Source of the DNA: Mytilus trossulus
Lineage: Eukaryota
Reading direction: 5' to 3'
Assembly (NCBI RefSeq): GCF_036588685.1
Contig: NC_086385.1
Location: 12,214,001-12,278,000, forward strand
DNA length: 64,000 bases
The translations under genes were made by a program, and so were the position numbers. Below are positions 25,470 through 38,500 of the stretch, piece by piece (position 1 is the stretch's first letter; the number at the start of each line of letters is the position of its first letter). The notes under the pieces were generated by a model. That model was not told where the DNA came from. It was given only the letters and a program-made list of their open reading frames with translations, and ran no database searches.

Positions 25470-26715
25470 ATCTACAGTACACTTTCATCTCTATATAATT
25501 AATCTTCGCGCTATCAATCATATGTGACGAAGCTTGAACAAGTGACCTAATAATTTCCATTTGTTCATCCTGGACCTAGTCCAAACAATCATGACGTCTG
25601 GCAAGGCTATTTTTTTTAATTTTTTCTGGGACGAAAGAAAGCCTTGACAGACATCATACTTATTTGGACTACCTCCTATCACTTCGAGCACTCGTGATTG
25701 AAATGTCATCCCTGAAAAACACAAGAAGGTCCCAAAAATATTACGGACAATACAATGCCAATGGTAAATAATAACGTACGGACTCACCAGTCACCGTACG
25801 GGTATCCCTAAATATTGCACGCATTTTTGTCACAGGATAGAAGTTCCTTCATTATATAAGTTCTAAAAGGAAAAAGTATTCTGGAATATTATTTCCATTA
25901 GTATGAATATCACAGTTTATTATATACTTAGTTGTAAATACAGATAAATTGTATGTAATACAATCAATGGCAAGCCTGCTGTATCAGCCACCCGTGATGT
26001 CAGTCTGAGACATTGAGTTGTAGCCCGAAGCCAGTGTCTAGTTTAAATAAGCTGGGACAAGTTAACGTACACTGCCAATAGTCTGACTGGTCTAGTGCAT
26101 ATCTGTGTGCACTTTTTTAATTGTTACTTACCGTAAGTTAACGCAGAATGTCACTCAACGCCATCAATATTAATAAACTGATACTCTCTTCCTTGCAAAA
26201 ATTTCGTAAACCAGGTTTGACCTCCCTAATAAGTGATTATTAAAAAAAAAAAAAAAAGCGTGAAAACAGTCAGTACCACGTGTATTGAAAATGTCAAATT
26301 TTGGTAATTATTGATTGATTTATGTTTCATAGACTGAATAAAATATAATTATAACAGAAAATAAAAAAACATTGAACATTTTTGCGTCAGAAGATATTAA
26401 TTCGTAACTGCCCGCTTGTCTTCGTGTTTATTTTAGACGATTGATTATTAGGACAACTTCAGTGACTGGTTACCGTTAATTTTATGAGGAAGTGGAACCA
26501 GTTTTGTTTTCATTTCAAAAGTGTACACATAATTTTGGTCACAAACATCGTTTAATTAATATACATGGCTTTACTGTCAGTAAGTGCGAGACCATGAAAG
26601 GCACCAAAAAGGCTGTCTCACAAGTCTGACAAAGTTACGGAGGCTTAAAAAAATACGAGGATCTTGAATGTTGTTATCTCTAATCAACATGGTTGTAAAA
26701 TCAGAGCGTTGCATC
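25470..26715 (-). pseudogene. Decayed intron-containing cargo gene in the Helentron (possible OB-fold/RPA-like)
   Basis: Exon 26225-26132 (TAG acceptor, GTAAGT donor) splices in frame to the TTTTTCAG acceptor at 25711: GGQTWFTKFLQGREYQFINIDGVE*HSALTY-G-MTFQSRVLEVIGGSPNKYDV; upstream broken frames include KTSGQLRINIF. Confidence 0.4.
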
Positions 26716-27210
26716 TAATTATGATCAATTATCAGTCCAGTGATTTTGAAACACCTGTAGAGTTTTGTCAATTGTCACTGTATACTAGAAGATAATACAA
26801 ATTTCACACATAGCGGGTATGATGAATGCATAGCTGCCAAAATTCTATGCGTAGCGGTACCGCAATGCATGAATAGCCTAGGGAAAACACTGGGTTAAGT
26901 TTTCCTAGACAAGTTCATATATCAGATACTCTAAGCAATAGTTCACTAAATCTGATGTATGGAATGATTGTGAGGTTTACATGTTTAACTGGCAGGTGCC
27001 ATTTGACCTTGACCTCATTTTTATGGTGCAGTACTAAGTCAATGTGAAGTTTTTGAGTTTTGGTCTTTTTTTCTTAAACTATATATGCAATAGGTCAACT
27101 ATATTTGGTTTATGGAAATATTTTATCACCATGACGTATACATGGTATACCTATGTCAGTCTTGCAGGTTTTATTTGACCTCAACCTCAATTTAACAGTT
27201 CATTGCTCAG

Positions 27211-27265
27211 TTTTTATACGACCGCAAATTTTGAAAAATTTTCGTCGTATATTGCTATCACGTTG

Positions 27266-27306
<41 letters not shown>

Positions 27307-29008
27307 CGAATACTTTTAGTTTTCGCACTCTAACTTTAGTAAAAGTGAATAGAAATCTATGAAATTTTAACACAAGGTTTATGACCATAAAAGGAAGGCT
27401 GGTATTGATTTTGGGAGTTTTGGTCCCAACATTTTAGGAATTAGGGGCCAAAAAGGGCCCAAATAAGCATTTTCTTGGTTTTCGCACTATAACTTTAGTT
27501 TAAGTTAATAGAAATCTATGAAAATTTGACACAAGGTTTATAACCACAAAATAAAGGTTGGGATTGATTTTGGGAGTTTCGGTCCCAACAGTTTAGGAAT
27601 TAGGGGCCAAAAAGGGACCCAAATAAGCATTTTTCTTGGTTTTCGCACCATAGCGTTAGTATAAGTAAATAGAAATCTATGAAATTTAAACACAAGGTTT
27701 ATGACAATAAAAGGAAGGTTGGTATTGATTTTTGAAGTTTTGGTCCCAACAGTTAAGGAAAAAGGGGCCCCAAAGGGTCCAAAATTAAACTTTGTTTGAT
27801 TTCATCAAAATTGAATAATTGGGGTTCTTTAATATGCCGAATCTAACTGTGTATGTAGATTCTTAATTTTTGGTCCCGTTTTCAAATTGGTCTACATTAA
27901 GGTCCAAAGGGTCCAAAATTAAACTTAGTTTGATTTTAACAAAAATTGAAACCTTGGGGTTCTTTGATATGCTGAATCTAAAAATGTACTTAGATTTTTG
28001 ATTATTGGCCCAGTTTTCAAGTTGGCCCAAATCGGGGTCCAAAATTAAACATTGTTTGATTTCATCAAAAATTGAATGATTGGGGTTTTTTGATATGCCA
28101 AATCTAACTGTGTATGTAGATTCTTAATTTTTGGTCCAGTTTTAAAATTGGTCTAAATTAAAGTGCAAAGGGTCCAAAATTAAACTAAGTTTGATTTTAA
28201 CAAAAATTAAATTCTTGGGCCTCTTTGATATGCTGAATCTAAACATGTACTTAGATTTTTGATTATGGGCCCAGTTTTCAAGTTGGTCCAAATCAGGATC
28301 TAAAATTATTATATTAAGTATTGTGCAATAGCAAGTCTTTTCAATTGCACAGTATTGTGCAATGGCAAGAAATATCTAATTTCACAATATTGTGAAATAG
28401 CAAATTTTTTTTTAATTAAGAGTTATCTTTCTTTGTCCAGTATAGTAAGCAAGAAATATCTGCAAGAATTTTTTTTAATTGGAGTTATCTTTCTTTGTCC
28501 AGAATCAACTTAAATCTTTGTTATATACAATATACAATGTATATTCACTTTTTACTACCAACTGATAAATTTAAATAATCTTTACCATTCAGTGATAACA
28601 AGCAGTTTTTTTACATCATGTATTTAAATGAGTAGTAATTGTTGCAAACTCCATTAGAATATTTTAATTGAAATTAGTTTTGGAATAAGGGAAAGGGGGA
28701 TGTGAATAAAAAATTGGGTTAAATTTTTCTCTTTTGAAATTTCATAAATAAAAAGAAAATTTCTTCAAACATTTTTTTGAGAGGATTAATATTCAACAGC
28801 ATAGTGAATTGCTCTAAGAGGAAACAAAAATTTTAAGTTCATTTGAATACATTCATTCTGTGTCAGAAACCTATGCTGTGTCAACTATTTAATCACAATC
28901 CAAATTTAGAGCGGAATCCAGCTTGAATGTTGTGTCCATACTTGCCCCAACCGTTCAGGGTTCAACCTCTGCGGTCGTATAAAGCTACGCCCTGCGGAGC
29001 ATCTGGTT
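27211..29008 (+). mobile_element. HINE of a second family nested in the Helentron (copy 1)
   Basis: 5' subTIR TTTATACGACCGCA, partial IR, (CGT)n microsatellite, central tandem repeats, 3' subTIR TGCGGTCGTATAAA plus stem-loop, TT target. Confidence 0.9.
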
Positions 29009-29164
29009 GTGTTTTGGTCTGGCTTTTTCAAAATATAAGCAATAGGTCAACTACACTATATGTGTTGTATGGAAGGATTGTAAGGTGTATATGTCTGTTT
29101 GGCATGTACATGTATCATCTGACCTTGACCTCATTTTCATGATTCACTGTTCAATGTTAAGTTC

Positions 29165-29313
29165 CAGTGGTGGATCCAGAGGGGGGGTTCCGGGGGTGCG
29201 CACCCCCCTTTATTTTTGCCGATCAATGCATTTGTATCGGGACATATGTTTTGCACCCCCCTTTTGCCCTGGGTTAGCACCCCCCCTTTCGAAAATTCCT
29301 GCATCCGCCCCAG
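29165..29313. mobile_element. GC-rich MITE with 5-bp TSD
   Basis: CAGTGGTGGATCCAG ... CTGCATCCGCCCCAG flanked by AGTTC/AGTTC. Confidence 0.75.
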
Positions 29314-29483
29314 AGTTCTTATGGCAGAGTTTTTTTCTCAGATATTATAAGCAATAGGTCATATGATCAACTACATGTATATTTAATCCAAAGAATGATT
29401 GTCAGTTGTACATGTCTGTCTGGCATGGTTCATATGATTTTGACCTCATTTTCATGGTTTAAAGGTCAATTTTTAGTTTTTAT

Positions 29484-30803
29484 CAGAGCTCCAGATAAGC
29501 TGCGTATTTGCGTGATCACGAAATACAAATATTAGAAAACCCAATGCAATTGTCCATTGCAGGGTTCAACAACCCAATTAATTCAACGGAAAACCCAATT
29601 ATATGCCAAAACCATGAGTTTTCAACCCTTTTATTGACTACCGTTTGCGTTATTTACCCTTATCTGTTTAAAGTCGTCGCGTAAACTATTTTTATAATAT
29701 TTATAATTGGAAATTTCCTGTCGTTCTAAAAATAGATCCCTGCATCAAGTACCTGAAATGGGTCCCTGTTTGAGATTTCCCTTGCTCAATAAGTACACGT
29801 GTTTTTGTAAACATTTCGATCTTCTCGGCGTTTATCTAATGAGCATGTTTCATGAGTCATATTTTTTTCGCACTGCTCGGGATTTATCATAACATACATT
29901 GAATTAAAACGAAAGTGAATGTCCGGTAAAAATATTGAATAGAAGCATGTTTTCAGCTTCTTTTGAAAATCTGAGGGAAAGTTATGATGATAACAAGACT
30001 CAGCTAGTGTTTTTAGGAAGCGTACATCAAATGCACGGGCGTTTGTGCGTACCATAATGAGAACATTGCTAATAAACACGGGGTTTCATCAAAATCGAAA
30101 TCAGTTGAAAAATGTAAAAGGCCAAATCAATTATGAAATGATAAAGCATCAGAAACCAAAAGTTCTAAATAAAATACAACTAAACCCAGATTTATGTCAA
30201 TTGAATAAAACAAAAGCATTCAGGTATAATTAGAGTTTATATACTATTATTATTCATGTGGGTATGCGCAGCCTAGAACGGCAATTTGACTATTCATACC
30301 CGCATGCGGGTACGCGCAGACACTGCCTACTTATATAATGAATACACATACCATGCACACAGGCACTGGTCTCAGAATTTATTATATTAAGGTATAAGAC
30401 GAGTGCCTGTGAATACACATATCCGTTTTTGTGAGAAAATACAAAACTGGCAAAAGGTTTGAAATGGGACACAATTTAAACCTACAATTGCTCCTCAGTG
30501 AATAAACCAAATAAAACAGCTAGCAAATAACCCTAACCATAACCCCAAACCAAATAAAACAGTTAAACAAAGAAAGAAACATATTTAAGATGGGGAAAAA
30601 TGGGTTGATATTGCCTAAATATTCAATATTGTGTCGATGAAAAAACCCAATTCATTAAGGAGCTTGGTGGTGAAAAACCCAATTTGATATAAACCTGAGG
30701 GGTGAATTGGAATTGATAATGCAATTAAAAAACTTTATCACCCAATTATATAAGAAAATGGTGGGTAAAAACCCCAATTTGTGAATTCTTATCTGGAGCT
30801 CTG
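29484..30803. mobile_element. Non-autonomous DNA transposon, 16-bp perfect TIR, 6-bp TSD
   Basis: CAGAGCTCCAGATAAG ... CTTATCTGGAGCTCTG flanked by TTTTAT/TTTTAT. Confidence 0.85.
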
Positions 30804-31834
30804 TTTTATGGATAAGTCTGTGTCTTACAAACTATTATCAATAGGTCAACTATATTTGGTGTATTAAATGGTTAGAAGGTGTACATGCTTAATTATTATG
30901 CCCCCGACATAGCGGAGGGGCTATTAAGTTTACCCTTGTCTCTCGGTATGTACATGTATTACACATTTATATGTACTTCCTACAACCAGTGATCTGGAAA
31001 GATTTGTTCTCTATGGGCCCAGGGCCACCAAATAATAAAATCAATGGGCCATTTTTAGAGTTGATGGCCCATGTTGTCAAAGGAGTGGGCCATTTGTTCA
31101 CTATAAAAAAAAAGTTAAAGAAAGTATATATTTCAGCAAAGAGTTAGTGGTAGTAACCTGTATGATTTTAATTGATATCATGGATTTTGTGCCTTGCGAT
31201 TTTGTAATTTCAATTGCAACATGTTGATTAACAGAAATAATGCAAGCTTACTTAAAGATTATAATAAGAGAAAAATTTTCGTCTGTAGTAGCCAAATTTC
31301 AGAAATTTAAAGTTGTTTATAAAAACTTATATCATGAATGATGGTTAATTAGTAAGTTACATGTATACTGCATGTTGCTATTATTACCATAGGAAAACAC
31401 CTGAGACGTCTCCAAAAAATGTACGTGCTCCTATCATTGGAGGGAACACTTCATAGTTGTGTACACAAACACGGCAACATGACATAAGAAGAAACTATAA
31501 AAATCAGTTAAAAAAGGCTTAACTTAACGGAGTGGTCATGGAGGGGTACTTATACATCCCAAAATCAAAAAGGCACTAAGTACAGATCTGAGAGTATTCA
31601 AGGCCAATACCAACTAATAAAAAAACTCATGTTACTTGGACTATACAATGTAATCATGATTATATCAAATATAAAAGACTTTTTTTTTAAAACTTTTTCA
31701 TTATTATGTTTTTTTCAGTCTTTTATCATCAATTGTGGAAGATTTTTTTTTTTCTATAAATGATAAATGTTGCATATGTATTTAGAAAGATTGTTAAATG
31801 GTGATATAAATTTTAGTGTTTTTTTCTTTTGCAG

Positions 31835-34506
31835 ATTTTTGAAGAAGTACTGTAGAAGACATTTTTATAAAGCTGTTGTGTATCAGACATTGTCAAAGCA
31901 GTAAGTATAATCAAGAGAGGTCACCTACATATACATAAATAAACTCATTAAGATTCCGGGATTGAATTTAGTATATACGCCAGACGTGTGTTTCGTCTAC
32001 AAAAAACTCATCAGTGACGCTTGAATTTAAAAAAAAAGGACAGACAAATAATTAGACACAACATAGAAAAATAAAGACTAAGCAACACGAACCCCAACAA
32101 AAAATGAGGGTGATCTCAGGTGCTCCAAAAGAGTAAGCAGATCCTGCTCAACATATCATGCATATGATACTGTCAAGTTGATCATGTGGTAAATAGTCTG
32201 AATTCGCTTGGTCACAAAGTTCAAATGAAGTAGATGTAAGCAATTATAACCAAACTGTACGGCCTTCAAAAATGAGAAAAACACATTCTGTATGCCTATG
32301 GTTGGCTATAAAAGGCCCTCAACATGAGAAATATGAAACAATTGAATTGAGAAAACTAAGGGCATAATTTATAAGAAAACAATTACCAAAAATTAAAATA
32401 TGATAGACATGAAACAGCAACTACAGGCTTGGAACTGGCCCATAAAACAAAATGTGGCGGAGTTTTTTCAACATGTTTGCGAGCACTCAACCTTCCCCTA
32501 ACCTGGGACAACGGTATAACAGAACAACATAAGAAGAAATATCATAAATATCAGTTAAAAAAGGCTTAACTTGATAAATAGATACAAATAGAATTACATG
32601 AACAAAAACACAGAGTTGATATGGAGGGATACTTATACATGTTATACATCCCAAAATCAAAAAGGCACCAAGTACAGATCTGAGAATATTCAAGGCCAAT
32701 ACCAACTAATAAAATAAAATCATGTATATTGGACAAAAATATCAAATACAAAAGACTTTTTTTGTTTTTAACTTTTTGATTATTATTTTTTCAGTCTTTT
32801 ATCATCAATTGTGGAAGATTTTTTTTTTCTATAAATGATAAATGTTGCATATATGTATTTAGAAAGATTGTTAAATGGTGATATAAATTTTAGTGTTTTT
32901 TTCTTTTGCAGATTTTTGAAGAAGTACTGTAGAAGACATTTTTATAAAGCTGTTGTGTATCAGACATTGTCAAAGCAGTAAGTATAATCAAGAGAGGTCA
33001 CCTACATACACATAAAATACTGTTACTTGAAAAGAGAAGAAGCTTATATCATATATATATCCTGCTCTTGATTCCAGACCTTATTCTGAAGTACATTTAC
33101 TTATAGTCATAACAAAGATCATTAAAAAAAAATGTATTTGTCACTTAGTTATATCTCAGGAATAGACTGACTAGCTACCTTAGCTTTATTTGGCATAACC
33201 TTTCACAATCAAGGGTTCTTTAACTTCACTTCATACCTTACTTGGCCTTCTAGAGAGAGTTTATTGTAAATAGGGAATATGTCAAAGAGCAAAGAACCTG
33301 ACCAAAGAGCAGATAACAGCCGATGGCCACCAATGGGTCTTCAACACAGCAAGAAAATCAGCTGGCCCCTAAATAAAAATGTGTACTAATTCTGTGAAAA
33401 TTGACGTCATATTTAAATCCAAAACATATAAATGAACTAGGTTAAAAATAAACACATTCTGTCATGGTTTAAAAAACATGACTTTGACTGAGTATTTTCA
33501 TACTATCATGACTTTACTTGTTATAGTTTTTATCGTCATGAACATGCATGAAATATTTGCCACTGGACGTTAGGTAACCAGTAAGCAACAATCAATCATA
33601 TTACAGTACTGCCATTTTGATATCAGTTTTTACATTACAGTTTAAAATTGATATAAAGGCATGAAAGGTCAGATATTTCTCTGTATCAATAGTTAATTTT
33701 GCGTTTGGTTGATAATTTGTACCTCTTTCTTGTGACTTTAGGTAGTCTTATAGCTTGTCGGTTACAAGCATAAAATGACGTTCATTCTTGATTTTACAAT
33801 TATTCAGCTATTTCAGCAGAACATGTATGCAATGCTTTTATAATATTTTTATACCCCACCTACGACAGTAGAGGAGCATTATGTTTTCTGGTCTGTGCCT
33901 CCGTTCGTTCGTTTGTCCGTCTGTGGGTCCGTTCGCTTCAGGTTAAAATTTTTGGTCAAGGTAGTTTTTGAAGAAGTTGAAGTCCAATCAACTTGAAAAC
34001 TTAGTACACATGTTCCCCATGATATGATTTTTCTAATTTTAATGCCAAATTATAGTTTTGACCCCAATTTCATGGTCCACTGAACATAGAAAATGATCGT
34101 GCAAAGTTCAGGTTAAAGTTTTTAGTCAAGGTAGTTTTTGATAAAGTTAAAGTTACATCAACTTGAAACTTAGTACACATGTTCCCTATGATATGATCTT
34201 TGTTATTATAATTCCAAATTATAAGTTTGACCCCAATTTCAAGGTGCACTGAACATTGAAAATGATAGTGCGAGTGGGGCATCCGTGCACTATGACATTT
34301 ATTTTAATCATGTACATTGAATGTTTAAACATGTTAAAGAGTCAAAGAGGTAGTTTGAATACTATTTACATCAACAATATGTGATATCTTCGTTCATGAA
34401 TACCATAGTAAAGCTTTTATTATCACTTTTTTTTTCAGCATTTTATTTTGGAATTTTAGCCTAGTTGGTTTACATCCATAGCTGATTTCTATACTTTACC
34501 AATAGA
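31835..34506 (+). other. Candidate 5'UTR exons of the RepHel transcript (31835-31900, its duplicate 32912-32977, and 34439-34506)
   Basis: Each has a polypyrimidine-CAG acceptor and a GTAAGT donor; the final acceptor TTTCATTTCAG ends at 35509, 3 nt before the ATG. Confidence 0.55.
33846..34297 (+). mobile_element. Short HINE (third family) nested in the Helentron
   Basis: TTTTTATACCCCAC 5' subTIR, (CGTT/GTCY)n microsatellite, two ~170-bp central repeats, GTGGGGCAT 3' subTIR. Confidence 0.7.
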
Positions 34507-35512
34507 GTAAGTATTTTTTTTCAGCATACTTATAAAAAAGCTTAACAATTGATATTGCTCAATATTTCCCATTTCTGGGAGTATTGCATACCCTATAAAA
34601 GTTTGTCCACTTGGGTTATCCTGCCTATATAATACTTTGCCAACCCTTTAGTGCAGAGAAGTGAACATTCTTTTCATTTTATCCAGGCCATTCATGCAAT
34701 TTATTAATAATATTGTTATACTCATCAATCAAAAGAGGGACAGTCAAACTCATGACAATGCCATGGCAAAAAATGAAAAGGACAAACGGACAAACAATAG
34801 TACGCATGACACAACATAGAAAACTAAAGAATAAACAACACAAACTTCACCAAAAAAAAGGGGTGATATTTCACAAAATGATGTGTATTTAAATAACCAG
34901 ACTTGTCAAGAAAACCATTTAATCATATATTAAATAAGTTAAGCATGGTATATAAATGTGCAATTTATATGATAAAAGAAAGATAACTCAAATTTAAAAT
35001 ATTTGATAAATGCAATACAATGTTTATTTTAAGTTAGCATAGCATTCTTTACCCGTCAATGGTTTCAAGCAGTTATATTTTTTTATGAATATGGATACAT
35101 GTATGTTTATGCATTTTTTCTATAGATTTATTTAATGCTTGAAACTTTTTCAATATGCATTTAGATGTATATTATTTTGTGTTCATTATGGAGTTCTTAA
35201 TTTGAATATATATATATATTAAACGTTTCATCAGCTTCTCAAATACAATAAAAACTTTTGTTCAAATGAACAGTTTCACAAAGTGTAAACAAAAATGTTT
35301 TTAAGGTTACATCCTTGAAACAAACAGGTTAATCAATCATTGTACTATTGATTTGATTAAAAATTTTATTTATATTTTTTTTTGTTTGGCATTTCAAGCT
35401 TTAAAAACAAAGTTGGACATGACATAAGTTTGGTACTGATAATAGTAAATCTTTTACAAAACTGCATTTTGTCATAACAATATTTTTATACATTTTTTTT
35501 TCATTTCAGGTC

Positions 35513-38500
35513 ATGGCACGTAAATCAAAAAAGAGCAAAGCCTCCAAAGCCAAAGAACAAAAACTAAGAATGAGAGAAAGAAGGTTGGCAGAGGAGGCTT
35601 TGCAACAGTCTACTGATATTGATAACTTTGAAGGAGAAAGCACTGATAATGGTTATCCTGAAGGAGAAAACACTGTTAATGAATTTGCTGTCAATAAAAT
35701 TGAAATAAATGACACTGTTTTGACTGTTAACTCTGTTGTCAATAAAAGAAATCACACTGATAATGAATTGACTGTTAACTCTGTTGTCAATCATACTGAA
35801 AGAAATCACACTGATAATAAATTGACTGTTAACTCTGTTGTCAATAAAAGAAATCACACTGATAATGAATTGACTGTTAACTCTGTTGTCAATATAAGAA
35901 ATCACACTGATAATGAATTGACTGTTAACTCTGTTGTCAATAAAAGAAATCACACTGTTAATGAATTGACTGTTAACTCTGTTGTCAATAAAAGAAATCA
36001 CAGTGATAATGAATTGACTGTTAACTCTGTTGTCAATAAAAGAAATCACACTGTTAATGAATTGACTGTTAACTCTGTTGTCAATAAAAGAAATCACACT
36101 GATAATGAATTGACTGTTAACTCTGTTGTCAATAATACTGAAAGAAATCACACTGATAATGAATTGACTGTTAACTCTGTTGTCAATAATACTGAAAGAA
36201 ATCACACTGATAATGAATTGACTGTTAACTCTGTTGTCAAAAGAAATCTCACTGATAATGAATTAACTGTTAACTCTGATTGCAATGACACTGTTACTGA
36301 TTTAACTGGGCATACTGTTGCCAATACCACTGAACAGTATCAAACTGTTAATGAATTGACTACTCCTTCTGTTGACTGCAACATACATTTAGTTAAGACT
36401 AATTTGAACAATTCAGAATTGAGTAAACTAAAACGTTATTCAGATTCAATCCACAATCAGTTAGAAAACAAGCAAGCATGTCTGGGTAGAAATAATAAAA
36501 ATGACATTGATAACAAAGCAGACAAATCTGTAGATTCCAATTTATGGAAAGGTGAACAGAAAACAGGTATGCATGTAAATATCAGGTTTGAAAATCCGGT
36601 AGTTTTATATGATTTATCAAGATCACAAGTAACACTAGAACAAAATAATCGAGTCATTCAGGGTAGTTTCCATCAAGGAAATACCAGGTTTGGTGAAAAC
36701 GCTGGGAAACAATGTGTTAGTAATTGTTTATCCGCAATAGTGCACAGTAAATTGAAACCAGTTTTTGCATGGAACAAGTTTTATCTTGACAATATACTAA
36801 TTGAAGGTAACGACATTTATACATCTGTGCACGGTACTAATAATTATCTCTGTGTGGAAGACCTTCCAGAATTTGTAGATCTAAGAAATCGTATTATTCA
36901 TTGTCGCAAGAAACGTTCCATTTGTGCATTTGTACATGACGTTGACCCAGATTTTGATGGCGTCTTACCTTTGGACCAAGCCCTGCAATATGCATTAATA
37001 GACTCAGATGGATGCTTTGTTACTGTAAGAGCAACAACATCATTAGTAATAAAGCAGAATAACAAAATATATATGTTTGATTCTCATGCAAGAAATCGTT
37101 TTGGTCTAGTAGATAATTATGGTTCTAGTATTGTATTTGAACTTCCTGACATTCAAGCTGTTTATCAACACTTTTGTAATTTTGTCCAGGATGACCAATC
37201 TGTACCTTTTGATGTAACAGGAATTACTGTTGCAATGCAAGACACAGTTGACAGTAATGTAGATATGACATTACAAGATAATGTGCAACATATTGAAATA
37301 CAAGATAGTGTACCAATACTAGGTTATTTAGATACTAAGCATAGTATTGAAGAAAATGAGACTAATGAAGAAACAATCGACAATATAAAGGGAGGATTGT
37401 TGAAAAAAACCAAGAGTCGTGTATCTGATTTTTCAAATGACATTAAATCAGACAGATTAATGAACATATCACACAATGTATCAGATGACATTGAATCCGA
37501 CAGGTTAATGGACATATCAGATGACATGGAATCAGTAGATTTTTCAAAGGTAGGGTCTCCATGTACATTTATTAAAGAAAATGAAGTTTCTGATATAGAA
37601 ATGATGTCTGATTGTAGATCTAATTTTGCTTTCAAGCCATTAGATCTTTGTTCTAAAAGGAAACTCTGTACAATATTTAATATATCTTCAAAAGAAGTGA
37701 ATAAGAACACGTGCAGTACAGAATCGTGTAATATTGGCATTCCCTTGGAAACAAAGCCCATCATAGCAGACGGAAACTGTCTCTTTAGAGCAATATCTTA
37801 TGCTGTTTCACAAAGACAAAAATTCCATACAAAAGTTAGACAAGACATAATAAAGCATAGCTTGAGTATTTCATGTCAATTGACCAGTCTATTAGAAAAT
37901 CAATATGATTCAGTGGAAGAACATATAAGTGGTCGTAAAATGAGAGAGAACAATTCATGGGGAACTGCATTGGAAATAATCGCTGCAGCAGACCTTCTTA
38001 AAACGGATATTTATACGTTTTATAATGGAGTATGGATAAAGTATTCATCGTCTCAAATTTTTACAAACAGTGAAATAAATGAACGTGCAATCTATCTTCA
38101 ACACAACGGAGACTTACAACACTATGAGGTTGTATTATCAGTTTTACCAGAGATGGACATACCACTTGAAAGTAATAGAGTTGCAATGAAGAGAAAATGT
38201 GAGCAAAATGATTTATTTGTTTCAAAGAAACACAAAAAACTGGATCAACGGGCTAGTAGTCTAAATGATGAAAACAATTCTTCTGTTAAATCGTCACAGA
38301 AAGAAATACATTCAGGTAAAGATGTAACTGAACAACAAAACGTATCAAAATGCGAAAAACAAAAATTAAAGTATCACACTGATTCTCAATTAAGGTACAA
38401 CAAATTATCAGCACTAAAGAAAAAGTATTCGAACGATAAGTCGTACAAAGCTCAGAAAATAAGACAAGGAAAGGAGAAGTATCAGAATGATTACACATAT

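Noticed and set aside
26150-26153. In-frame TGA in the cargo exon read as selenocysteine
   Set aside because: Neighbouring segments contain further stops and frameshifts, and I see no SECIS.
27153-27388. Poly-arginine ORFs on both strands (also 60280-60495)
   Set aside because: They are translations of the (CGT)n HINE microsatellite.
35564-36205. 213-aa antisense ORF with repeats
   Set aside because: It is a shadow of the stop-free tandem repeat in RepHel; the same applies to antisense ORFs at 37324, 38522, 40483 and others.
36650-37230. Endogenous herpesvirus
   Set aside because: Only the tegument-type DUB domain is present, fused within RepHel; no capsid, terminase or polymerase genes.
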